This document shows, one piece after another, positions 1-8,668 of a DNA stretch of 64,000 nucleotides. The stretch lies in contig DASZZD010000013.1 in NCBI GenBank assembly GCA_035545015.1, positions 78,134-142,133 of the forward strand, in the 5' to 3' direction. A program made the translations under genes and the position numbers. The DNA is from Phycisphaerae bacterium. GTDB taxonomy: Bacteria; Planctomycetota; Phycisphaerae; WQYP01. The notes under the pieces were generated by a model. That model was not told the origin of the DNA and made no database searches. It was given only the letters and a program-made list of their open reading frames with translations. Each line of letters starts with the position of its first letter. Position 1 is the stretch's first letter.

Positions 1-396
1 CGTTGACGCCGATGCGGATGGGGATGCCGCGGTCTTTGCAGGCGTCGATGACCTGTTCGACCTGGGCCTTGTCCTGGATGTTGCCGGGGTTGAGGCGGAT
101 TTTGTGGACGCCGGCTTCGATGGCTTCCATGGCGCGCTGGAAGTGGAAGTGGACGTCGGCGACGATCGGGACTTTGACCTGTTTGAGGATTTCCTTGAGG
201 GCGTCGGTGTCTTTGCGTTCGGGGACGGCGACGCGGACGATGTCGGCGCCGGCCTTGTGGAGCTTGTTGATTTCGGCGACGCACTTATCGATGTCGTGGG
301 TGTAGCCGGAGGTCATGGTCTGGACGGAGACCGGGGCATCGCCGCCGATGAGGACGTTGCCGACTCGAACTTGTCGCGTTTTGCGCCGCTGAATCA
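1..396 (-). CDS. ispG: 4-hydroxy-3-methylbut-2-enyl diphosphate synthase (IspG/GcpE), N-terminal part; the gene continues past the left window edge
   Basis: Reverse translation gives MIQRRKTRQVRVGNVLIGGDAPVSVQTMT...GIPIRIGVN, the characteristic IspG N-terminus. Start codon is the complement of 394-396. Confidence 0.85.
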
Positions 397-794
397 TCGT
401 GGCTCCTAGCCGCCGTGAAAATGAAAAAATCCGAAACGAGTATTGTATCCGGGGATTGGGGAGGTGCTCAATTGGGGAGGCCAAGGTGCGCAGTCAGGTG
501 CGCAGCAAAATCGCGTTTTTGCCGAAGAGTCTCCAAGGTGCGCATGAACATGAGAGAACGCGGGTGGGCGGGGTTTGTGTTAAAATGGTCAATATGCGCA
601 GTTTGGTGAATGGTTATTTGCATATTCTTCTCCCGAGTGGGCGGTGCGCGTGGGCTGCCCTTTAGTAAGAACGGATGGGGCGGGGGAAAGGTTCCCGAAT
701 TTTTTGCGAATTTTTGGTGGGGGGCGGAGGGGCACGGGCGGGACGCCCGTGCCACAGGGGGCCTGGGCCACATTCAGGGGGCCTTGGGTCACGT

Positions 795-1565
795 TCAGGG
801 GGTGGGGGGAGTGGACCAGATTTGGCGGTAGCGGCCCTGTACGGGGACGGTGGGTTCGACGTGGCGGATTTTTTTGTAGGCGGCCCAGAGCAGGAGGCCG
901 TGGGAGGGGCGGAGGTAGCCGGGGAAGTCGGTGTAGAAGCGGTAGTCGCGTTCGGCGGCGAGGGAGGCGGGGGCGAGGGGGACGGCGGTGAAGCGGAGGT
1001 CGATTTCGGCGAAGCCATTGGCGAGGTAGAAGTCGCGGAAGAGGGTGGGGTTGAAGTTGACGAAGCCGTGGTCGGGCCAGTCGACGGGGGCGTGGTGGAT
1101 GGCGAGGCCACCGGGTTTGAGCATGCGGGCGACGTTGAAGAAGGCGTCCTTGAGGGAGAAGACGTGTTCGAGGGTGCCGCCGTCAAAGAGGAGGTCGAAG
1201 CGGTTTTCGAGGTTATTGGGGACGGGGAGGTTGAGGTCGTGGAGGAAGTCTGGGCGTTCGTAGTCGGAGGCGTCCATGGCGAGGACGTTGGCGGTCTGGA
1301 AGCCGAGGGCGGCGAAGAGGGTTTTCTGGTGGATGGCGCGGGCGCGTTCTTTGGCGCCGGCCCAGGCGAAGCCGGTAGTGGGGAGGATTTCGGCGGGGGG
1401 GAGGTCGCGAGCGGGGATATTCTTTTCGTGGAGGAAGGCGCGGAGTTCGTCGTAGGAGCAATAGACGTCCTGGACGCCGAGGGTGAGGAGTTGGCCGGAG
1501 CGATCGAGCTCGGCGCGGCGGAGGGTGTCGGTGAAGAGTTCGACGTCGTAGAACTTGATGCCCAT
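795..1565 (-). CDS. class I SAM-dependent methyltransferase
   Basis: 257 aa beginning MGIKFYDVELF, with a LDLGCG-like fold and DLLFDGGTLEHV motif. The ATG is preceded by a T-rich leader with no Shine-Dalgarno sequence. Confidence 0.7.
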   Translation of the reverse strand: MGIKFYDVELFTDTLRRAELDRSGQLLTLGVQDVYCSYDELRAFLHEKNIPARDLPPAEILPTTGFAWAGAKERARAIHQKTLFAALGFQTANVLAMDASDYERPDFLHDLNLPVPNNLENRFDLLFDGGTLEHVFSLKDAFFNVARMLKPGGLAIHHAPVDWPDHGFVNFNPTLFRDFYLANGFAEIDLRFTAVPLAPASLAAERDYRFYTDFPGYLRPSHGLLLWAAYKKIRHVEPTVPVQGRYRQIWSTPPTP

Positions 1566-1570
1566 GGGGT

Positions 1571-1640
1571 TCCGGTGAAAAAAAAAAGAAAAAAGAAAAA
1601 CGAAAGACGAAAGACGAAAGACGAAACGGGGGGGAAAGAC
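1571..1640. repeat. A10/A6/A5 homopolymer tracts followed by a 3.5x tandem heptamer (GAAAGAC) in the leader of the methyltransferase gene
   Basis: Direct reading gives gaaaaaaaaaagaaaaaagaaaaacgaaagacgaaagacgaaagacgaaac. Confidence 0.8.
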
Positions 1641-1653
1641 GGGATGGGGAGGG

Positions 1654-2775
1654 TTAGCGGGCGTAGAGGATGAGGTCGGACCAGTGGTGGGGGGCGTGGT
1701 GGCCGAGGTAGAGGCGGTAGGTGGGGTGGAGGGATTTGATGAGGGCGGGGAGTTGCCAGAGGTCTGGGGCGTGGTGGTAGAGGCAGATTTGGAGTTTTGG
1801 TGCGGAGCGGCGGATGAGGGATTGGGCGCCGCGGAGGGCGTCGTGCTCGGCGCCTTCGATGTCGAGCTTGATGAGGGTGGGGGAGATGCGGTGCTGGTCG
1901 CAGTAGGAATCGAGGGAGCGGATTTTGACGCGGGTTGGGGCATCGACGGCGATGCGGCTGGCGACTGGGGAGGAGGCGTCTTCGAGGAACGTGGTTTCGC
2001 CATCGGCGGCGCCAAGGGCGGCGGGGACGGGGAGGATGCGGTGTTGCAGGGAATCGCGTGCGATGCGGTCGTGGAGGCGGCGGAAATTTTCGGGCGAGGG
2101 TTCGAAGGCGTGGATGCGGCCGGCGTCGGGGCGATCGCCCATGGTTTGGAGGAAGAGGGCTGCGGTGTCGCCATCGAAGGCACCGGCGTCGATGACTTCG
2201 TCGCCGGGCTGGGCGCGGACGAGGGGGTGCTGGTATTCGCGGTAGGTGGCGGGGCGGACGAAGGAGACGCGGCGGGTGAGGCGGTAGCGGAGGACGGCGC
2301 GGAGGGCTTCACGGGAGAATTTGTCAGCGAGGACGGTGTCGAGCCATTCGAGGCGGTCCCAGGCGTCGAGGAGGGCGGGGGCGTCGAAATGGTCTTGGCC
2401 CATGATGGGGTTTTCGCCGGGGAGAGGGGCGAGGTGAGAGGCGAAATCGTGGGAGTATATCCAGCGTTGGACGGCGAGTTGGCGGAGGCGGTGTTCGGCG
2501 GGCTGGCATTGAGCGAGTGCGACGACGACGATGCCGGTGAAGCCGTGGAGGATGTCGGTGGGGGAGACGGGGAGGCCGTGGATGGAGGTGTGATGTGTGA
2601 GGGGGTCGTCGTCGACGAAGGCGCGGAAGTGGACGCCGGGGGTGTGGGCGTGGTGGTGGAGGAACTGCCGGCCGCCGTTGCCGGCGCCGTAGATGATGGC
2701 ATCGGAAGGCCTGGGGAAGGGGGCGGGGAATCGGCGAGCGAAGGCCAATTCGGATGCGAGTTCGTCCGCAAGCAT
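1654..2775 (-). CDS. FkbM-family methyltransferase
   Basis: 374 aa. The C-terminal half (VIDAGAFDGDTAALFL...HAFEPSPENFRRL...IKLDIEGAEHDAL) matches the Methyltransf_21/FkbM domain. Confidence 0.7.
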   Translation of the reverse strand: MLADELASELAFARRFPAPFPRPSDAIIYGAGNGGRQFLHHHAHTPGVHFRAFVDDDPLTHHTSIHGLPVSPTDILHGFTGIVVVALAQCQPAEHRLRQLAVQRWIYSHDFASHLAPLPGENPIMGQDHFDAPALLDAWDRLEWLDTVLADKFSREALRAVLRYRLTRRVSFVRPATYREYQHPLVRAQPGDEVIDAGAFDGDTAALFLQTMGDRPDAGRIHAFEPSPENFRRLHDRIARDSLQHRILPVPAALGAADGETTFLEDASSPVASRIAVDAPTRVKIRSLDSYCDQHRISPTLIKLDIEGAEHDALRGAQSLIRRSAPKLQICLYHHAPDLWQLPALIKSLHPTYRLYLGHHAPHHWSDLILYAR

Positions 2776-2916
2776 GGAGGCGTGTTCCTCAGGGGACGCG
2801 CATCGCCGGAAAAAGGGATTGGGGGGCGTGCGCGCCGGTGGGTTTTCTATCGACCGGGGGAAGTTCCGCCCGATAACAATTCGATTGACCTTCTCCCCAA
2901 TGCCCAAGCGCAGGAG

Positions 2917-3636
2917 ATGCCCATGGCGGCGACAGCGGTTGAAGCGGCTTCGGTGGCGATCTTGACGATTGCGACGGGCCGGTATTTCGAGGCGTTCGTG
3001 CCGGGGCTGGTGGCGTCGGTGCACGAGCGATTCATGCCGGAGCATCGGCGGGAGATGTTCATCCTGACGGATCAGACAGCGGCGATTCCGCATGCGACGC
3101 TGCTGCCGATTGCGCACCAGGCATGGCCGTTTTCGACGTTGCTGCGGTTTCATTTCATTTTGCAGCATGCGGCGGCGTATGCGGACTTTGATTATTTTTT
3201 TTACATTGATGCGGACATGGTGGTGACGGAGCGGATCACGGGGGGGATTTTGTCGGCGGAGGGGCTATCGGCGACGGAGCATCCGGGGTATTGGCCGGGG
3301 AAGCGTGGGACGTTCGAGCGGAATCCGGGGTCGGCGGCGTTTTTGCCACGGTCGTATCGTGGGCCGTACTACCAGGGCTGTTTTTTTGGCGGGCCGACGG
3401 GGCGGATGCTGGCGATGGCGGAGGAGTTGAAGGAGCGGATTGACGGGGACTTGTCGCAGAAGCCGCCGCTGATTGCGGAGTGGCATGATGAGTCACATTT
3501 GAACTGGTATTTGGCGCAGCATCCGCCGGCATTGTCGTTGCCGCCGAGTTATGCGTATGTGGACGCGTACAGGCTGCCGGTGCCGCGGAAGATTGTGCAT
3601 TTGCCGAAGAATCATGGGGCGATGCGGGCGGGGTGA
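2917..3636 (+). CDS. GT6-family glycosyltransferase (histo-blood-group ABO / alpha-1,3-galactosyltransferase-like)
   Basis: 240 aa. Motifs FFYIDADMVV (DxD), GPYYQGCFFGGP, AEWHDESHLNWYL and HLPKNHGAMR align with the GTA/GTB/alpha3GalT signatures FCMDVDMEF, GDFYYLGGFFGG, AVWHDESHLNKYL and VPKNHQAVRNP. Confidence 0.75.
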   Translation: MPMAATAVEAASVAILTIATGRYFEAFVPGLVASVHERFMPEHRREMFILTDQTAAIPHATLLPIAHQAWPFSTLLRFHFILQHAAAYADFDYFFYIDADMVVTERITGGILSAEGLSATEHPGYWPGKRGTFERNPGSAAFLPRSYRGPYYQGCFFGGPTGRMLAMAEELKERIDGDLSQKPPLIAEWHDESHLNWYLAQHPPALSLPPSYAYVDAYRLPVPRKIVHLPKNHGAMRAG

Positions 3637-3746
3637 GGGGAATGGTAAATGGTAAATGGTAATTGGGGAGTGGGGTGCGTTGGGAAGAGGGCTGGGGGGG
3701 GCGGGATGGCGTTGCGGTTTGTGGGGCTGCCTATTTTGCTGAGTGA

Positions 3747-4745
3747 CTAGATGGCGGCTGCGTGCATGTAGGCTCCGAAGGGTTCGGCGCGTTCCTCGAC
3801 GTCTATTTGTGCCTGGCGCGCCTTTTTTACGACGGCCACGTAGCGGCCGGTGAGCACGCGCAGGAATGCGTCTCCGGGGAAGCCTTTTCGGCCGATGCGT
3901 TGCAGGTTTCCCTCGGCGAGCTTTCGCAGCCAGCGCATCGCGGCGGCGCAGAATTCGGGGGTGGCTTCGAGGCGATCGAAGGCGAGTGCGGCATGCAGGC
4001 GGCGTTCGGCGGGGGTTGCCTGGATTCCCAGGCGGTCGCGGAGGAAGGAGAGTTGCAGAGCGACGCTGGCGTGTTGCTGTTGGGCGGCGTGGCGGGCGCC
4101 GACGCTGTTTTCGTGGATACGATAGCGCAGCAGCACTTCGGGCATATTGGCGAGGCCCCAGCGTGCGCTGGCTTCGATCCAGAGCGCGTAATCTTCGACG
4201 TGGCGCGCGCGGGTTTGATAGCGCAGGCCGGTGGGGGAGTGGGGGAGTCCAAAAATTTCGCGGCGCATCATGACGGCGGGATGGCCGAGGGTATTGCGAA
4301 ACACGAGTCCGCTTTCCACCGCTCCGGGATCGGTGGCATAGCGCAGGAGGCCGCGGCGTTGTCCGGCGGCATCGATCTGTTCGAGCCATCCGCCGAGGAC
4401 GCCGATAGCGGGATGTTCCTCGAGGAAAGCGACCTGCCGGGCCAGGCGTTGGGGCATCATCACATCATCGGCGTCCATGCGCGCGAGGTAGCGTCCGCGG
4501 GCGCTGGCGAGCAGGCGGTTGAGCGCCGGCACGACGCCGGCATTGGGCTGGCGGACGACGCGGAGGCGGCGATCTTTGCGTGCCAGCGCCTCGAGCCATT
4601 CGCCGCTGCCATCGGTCGAGCCATCATCACAGGCCAGCAGCTCCCATTGCACACCCTCCTGTGCGAGGACACTTGCGATCGCATCGCCTAGAAATCCCGC
4701 GGCGGCCCCGGCATTGAAGACCGGCATGAGGACACTGACGAGCAC
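3747..4745 (-). CDS. GT2-family glycosyltransferase
   Basis: VSVLMPVFNAG...LACDDGSTDGS...RMDADDV motifs. I chose the GTG start at 4745, which has a gaaagg RBS; the start is uncertain. Confidence 0.7.
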   Translation of the reverse strand: MLVSVLMPVFNAGAAAGFLGDAIASVLAQEGVQWELLACDDGSTDGSGEWLEALARKDRRLRVVRQPNAGVVPALNRLLASARGRYLARMDADDVMMPQRLARQVAFLEEHPAIGVLGGWLEQIDAAGQRRGLLRYATDPGAVESGLVFRNTLGHPAVMMRREIFGLPHSPTGLRYQTRARHVEDYALWIEASARWGLANMPEVLLRYRIHENSVGARHAAQQQHASVALQLSFLRDRLGIQATPAERRLHAALAFDRLEATPEFCAAAMRWLRKLAEGNLQRIGRKGFPGDAFLRVLTGRYVAVVKKARQAQIDVEERAEPFGAYMHAAAI

Positions 4746-4899
4746 GGGGAACCTTTCAGAGACGGCAAATGGCAAAATTGTCAAATCGTTTAATCGACCA
4801 TCTGCCTTCCACTTACGCAGAAAAATCCCGGATGCGCGGCGACCGGTGAAGGGGGCTGCGGACTTCACGAGCGGCGGCCGTTTGCCCGATAATGTGTCC

Positions 4900-5910
4900 A
4901 TGCACCGGCCGTTACGCATTCTCAGCACGTCGTTGTTTTATTACTACGGGGACACGCGCGGGATTGAGCCGCAGTTTTATTACCTGGTGAAAGTGCCGCA
5001 ATCGATGGGGCACGAGGTGGATTTTTTCGACTGGCACACGCACGCGCGGGGGGAGATGGGGGGCAGCGTGCACATGCGGCGGTTGTTTCTGAATGTGCTG
5101 CGGTCGGGGCGGTACGATGCGGCGTTCATCGCGACGTTCAAAGAGGAGTTCGACCAGGAGACGCTGGAGGAGGCCAAGAGGCTGACGACGACGTTCGCGT
5201 TCAACTCGGACGACGAATGGCGGTGGGCGGATTATTCGCAGGGGCGGGCGCCGTGGTATTCGTTCATGGTGACGAATTCGCCGACGGTTCACGCGCGGTT
5301 CAAGGGATCGACGCCGAACCTTCTGCATTGCCAGTGGGCTTGCACGGGTTTCTGGAACGGGCGGGACACGAAGAAGGACGTGGACTTTTCGTTCGCGGGC
5401 ATGATCCATGGGACGCGCAAGGAGCAGATTCAGGCGCTGCACCAGCGTGCGGGACTGGCGGCGTTCGGGATGGGGGCGAAGGAGCTGGGTCTGGCGGCGG
5501 GTGAAAATGTTCCTGAGGACCTGCGCGATGCGAGGTTCCAGACGACGCTGCCGTTTGAGACGATCAATCAGGTGTGGAATCGCAGCAAGGTGTCGTTCAC
5601 GCCATTGGATTCGTCGGACGGGAGGACGCGGCAGATCAAATCGCGCATTTTCGACATGGGGTTGTCGCGGACGCTGATGCTGGCGCACGGGGCGCCGGAG
5701 CTGGACAGGTATTACGAACCGGGGAAGGAATACGTACCGTTCGAGACGCTGGAGGAAGCGGCGGAGAAGGCGGGGTTTTATGTGAGGAACGAGGGGGCGC
5801 GGCGGGAGATCGCGGAAGCGTATGCGCGGCGGACGCAGGGTGAACATTTGTGGTCGCAGCGTTTGACGGGGCTTCTGAAGGAGGCGGCGCTTTTGAAGGA
5901 GGCGCTGTAG
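4900..5910 (+). CDS. CgeB-like glycosyltransferase (DUF3880 / Glyco_trans_1_2)
   Basis: 337 aa. Overall similarity to the CgeB spore-maturation glycosyltransferase family, with a C-terminal GT1-like RIFDMG...G motif. Confidence 0.5.
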   Translation: MHRPLRILSTSLFYYYGDTRGIEPQFYYLVKVPQSMGHEVDFFDWHTHARGEMGGSVHMRRLFLNVLRSGRYDAAFIATFKEEFDQETLEEAKRLTTTFAFNSDDEWRWADYSQGRAPWYSFMVTNSPTVHARFKGSTPNLLHCQWACTGFWNGRDTKKDVDFSFAGMIHGTRKEQIQALHQRAGLAAFGMGAKELGLAAGENVPEDLRDARFQTTLPFETINQVWNRSKVSFTPLDSSDGRTRQIKSRIFDMGLSRTLMLAHGAPELDRYYEPGKEYVPFETLEEAAEKAGFYVRNEGARREIAEAYARRTQGEHLWSQRLTGLLKEAALLKEAL

Positions 5911-5959
5911 GCGGGCGCGCGGTGCGGCGGGGGCCGGGGGGCGCTGCTGCGAGCGCTCC

Positions 5960-6247
5960 TCATTTTCTCCGTGCCCGCTCCCGCAAGCGGGCGGTTGGCT
6001 CATCCGTCGTGACGTTCCTGGGGATGCCCCACCACGCCCACCGTTGCAGCAGCGCCATTGCCATAGCGAAAATAATACCTCCGTATGTCAGGCGATGCTG
6101 TCCGGGGCCCGGCCCTCCGTAGAAAGCCGCTCCAAGCATGAACCCCACGCCCAGGGCCATCACTGGACCCCAAAGGCTTCGCACCCACCGCTGCGGATCG
6201 ACGTGGCGGTAGACCAATTTAATGGCGAGTCCCAGGCCCATTGGCAA
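5960..6247 (-). CDS. small hypothetical membrane protein with two predicted TM helices
   Basis: 96 aa containing a hydrophobic VMALGVGFMLGAAFYGG stretch and IIFAMAMALL. Confidence 0.35.
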   Translation of the reverse strand: MPMGLGLAIKLVYRHVDPQRWVRSLWGPVMALGVGFMLGAAFYGGPGPGQHRLTYGGIIFAMAMALLQRWAWWGIPRNVTTDEPTARLRERARRK

Positions 6248-6382
6248 CCTCCTTCCCGAGGGGTGCGTGCATTGCGGGATCTATTTTAACGGGTCGGCGG
6301 GCTGGTAGCAGCCTTGGGGACGCTCGCGAGGGGGACGGGTGCAGCCGTCTTGCGTGGCACGCGGCTGGCATGCGGGGGGGGG

Positions 6383-6763
6383 TTAAGGGTGGCGTTCCAT
6401 TTGGAGGACGGTTTCCCACTCGGTGGCGGTGACGGGGACGACGCTTAAGCGGCCAATGCGGACGAGGGGCCAGGCGGCAAGGTCTTGGTGTTGCTTGATC
6501 TGGGCGAGGGTGATGGGGCGTGCGAGGGGCCGGCCGGGTTTGATGGTCACGGCGCCGTCCTGGGCGTGGACGACTTTGGCGAGTCCGACCACGGCTTTTT
6601 GTTTGCCGGTGTGGTAGAGCATGACCTGGTCGCCTTTTTTCATGGCTTTGAGGTTGTTGACGGCGGCGGGGTTGGTTACGCCCTCCCAAGGCGTTTCGCC
6701 ATCGCGGAGGAGATCGGCGAAGGAATAGTCTGTCGGCTCGGTTTTGAGCAACCAATACGGCAC
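6383..6763 (-). CDS. EVE-domain (PUA-like) protein
   Basis: PYWLLKTEP...W.G.TN..A.NNLK.MK.GD.V..YH is the typical EVE/PUA-like N-terminus. GTG start with a ggaga RBS. Confidence 0.65.
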   Translation of the reverse strand: MPYWLLKTEPTDYSFADLLRDGETPWEGVTNPAAVNNLKAMKKGDQVMLYHTGKQKAVVGLAKVVHAQDGAVTIKPGRPLARPITLAQIKQHQDLAAWPLVRIGRLSVVPVTATEWETVLQMERHP

Positions 6764-6815
6764 AGTGTCTCCTGGGGAAGGGCGGGCGCTTCTGGTGGTG
6801 GGTTGTGGCGGCGAA

Positions 6816-7325
6816 TCAGCGGCGAGTTTTGGGCTTTTTTTTGGCGGCGCCGTTGATTTTTTTGCCGATGGCTTTAGTGGCGACGGCGCGTGCGGCGACG
6901 GCGATTTTGCGTTCGGCGCGGGTCTTTTTTTCGGGGGAGAGGATGGCCTGGAGAAAGGCGATGACGTCGGGGTGTCCGCCGGTTTTAGCGTGGTCGAGGA
7001 GTGAGATGCCGTGGGGTCCTTTGCTGGCGGCGAGGGAGGGATCATCTGCGAGCATGGCTTTGACGATGGCGAGTTTACCGAGTGCTGCGGCGGAGAAGAG
7101 ATCGACGCGGGCCCCTTTGGAGAGGAGGAATTCGGCGATATCGCGGCGGCCGCTATGGGCAGCGGCGCCGAGGGGCGTTTCCCAGTCGCCGTTGCCCCAA
7201 TCCCAGGCGGCATGGACGACGGTGGGATAGAGGGTGACGAGCTCGCGGACGCGCGCGAGATCGGCATGGGAACGTCCGACCACCTCTCCGACGACTCCGG
7301 GTGGCAGGGGCAGAATGCTCGGCAT
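6816..7325 (-). CDS. ankyrin-repeat protein
   Basis: Repeats of TPLGAAAHSGRRDIAEFLLSKGARVD and ISLLDHAKTGGHPDVIAFL fit the ANK consensus. Confidence 0.7.
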   Translation of the reverse strand: MPSILPLPPGVVGEVVGRSHADLARVRELVTLYPTVVHAAWDWGNGDWETPLGAAAHSGRRDIAEFLLSKGARVDLFSAAALGKLAIVKAMLADDPSLAASKGPHGISLLDHAKTGGHPDVIAFLQAILSPEKKTRAERKIAVAARAVATKAIGKKINGAAKKKPKTRR

Positions 7326-7525
7326 GGTTTACTCCCATATCGACATGCATCAATGACCTGCATGGTACAGAATTGCCCGCCTCGCTCAAACGAATTTCAG
7401 GCGGTGGAGGAAAAACCCTAATGGAGGGCAAACGAACGGGTTTTTATCGCCCCTGGGGGGGCGGCGTGGGGGTGGAAGGGGGTATGGGCATTTACGGGGA
7501 GGCGGAGAAGACATAGGATTGGCTG

Positions 7526-8668
7526 ATGCTCAGCCGCTCAGAGATTGCCCGGTCCGCCGCCGGTAAACTTGTTGCCGCCAAGCCGGTTTCCCATACAGCC
7601 GTGCTGGGATTTGATGGTTTTGTGGATGACATTATCGATGTGGTGGACAAGCGGCAGGCGTTCGACAGTTACGAGCGGCTGCTGACGATTCCGCAGTTCG
7701 CGGCGAAGGTGAGCGCGGCGGCGGGGCAGTCGTCGAATATGGAGCTGGTGATCAAGCAGCAGAAGCTCGGGGGGAACGGGCCGATCATGGCGAATGCGCT
7801 GGCGGCGATTGGTTTTGCCACAACTTACATTGGCACAACGGGTTATCCTTCAACGCATCCGGTTTTTGCGGAGCTTGCGAGGCAGGCGACGCTGCTGCCG
7901 CTGGCGGAGCCGGCGCATACGTCGGCGCTGGAGTTTTCGGACGGGAAGATCATGCTGGGGAATCTGGCGCCGCTGGCGGAGGTCACGTGGGACCGGCTGG
8001 TTTCGCGGGTGGGCGAGGAGCGGTTGAGGGGTCTGTTTGACGCGGCCGACGTGGTGGGGACGGTGAACTGGACGATGCTTCCGCACCTGACGGCGATCTG
8101 GCAGCATTTGCTCAGCGATATTCTTCCGCGTCTGTCGAAGAAGCCGCGGCTGATTTTTGTGGATCTTGCGGATCCGGAGAAGCGGATGCGCGCGGACCTT
8201 CGTGCGGCGCTGGAGGTTCTGGCGGAGATCAACCTCCAGGCGCCGGTGACGCTGGGGTTGAATCTTTCCGAGGCGATGCAGGTGGCGGAAGCGTGCGGAT
8301 GTTCGTGCGAGGGGGATGCGACGCTGGCGGATTTGGCGGCGGTGGCGGGGAGGGTGCGGGAGGCGCTGCATCTGGGGACGGTGGTGATTCACCCGCGGAG
8401 CGGCGCGGCGGCGGCGACGGCGGAGGAGTCGGCGCATTTCGAGGGGCCGTTCGTGGAGTCGCCGAAGATCTCGACGGGGGCGGGGGATCATTTCAACGCG
8501 GGTTTTGCGGCGGCCCGGCTGCTAGGACTGACGCTGGGGGAATCGCTGGCGATGGCGACGGCAACGAGCGGGTATTACGTTCGGACGGCGGTGACGCCAA
8601 GGCAAGGGGCGCTGGCGGAGTTTCTGGCAAATCTTCCGGGCGCCCAAAATGCGGGCCGTGCAGGCTGA
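7526..8668 (+). CDS. PfkB/ribokinase-family carbohydrate kinase
   Basis: C-terminal GAGDHFNAGF anion-hole motif. 381 aa. Confidence 0.7.
   Translation: MLSRSEIARSAAGKLVAAKPVSHTAVLGFDGFVDDIIDVVDKRQAFDSYERLLTIPQFAAKVSAAAGQSSNMELVIKQQKLGGNGPIMANALAAIGFATTYIGTTGYPSTHPVFAELARQATLLPLAEPAHTSALEFSDGKIMLGNLAPLAEVTWDRLVSRVGEERLRGLFDAADVVGTVNWTMLPHLTAIWQHLLSDILPRLSKKPRLIFVDLADPEKRMRADLRAALEVLAEINLQAPVTLGLNLSEAMQVAEACGCSCEGDATLADLAAVAGRVREALHLGTVVIHPRSGAAAATAEESAHFEGPFVESPKISTGAGDHFNAGFAAARLLGLTLGESLAMATATSGYYVRTAVTPRQGALAEFLANLPGAQNAGRAG

Noticed and set aside
675-1673. 332-aa plus-strand ORF, Gly/Glu/Val-rich
   Set aside because: Antisense to the methyltransferase gene at 795-1565. Low-complexity composition typical of a high-GC shadow ORF.
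1684-2916. N-terminal 410 aa of the 650-aa plus-strand ORF 1684-3636
   Set aside because: Gly/Asp/Ala-rich and antisense to the FkbM methyltransferase gene. GT6 homology begins only at the ATG at 2917.
4912-6003. 363-aa minus-strand ORF, Arg/Pro-rich
   Set aside because: Antisense to the CgeB-like gene; low complexity.
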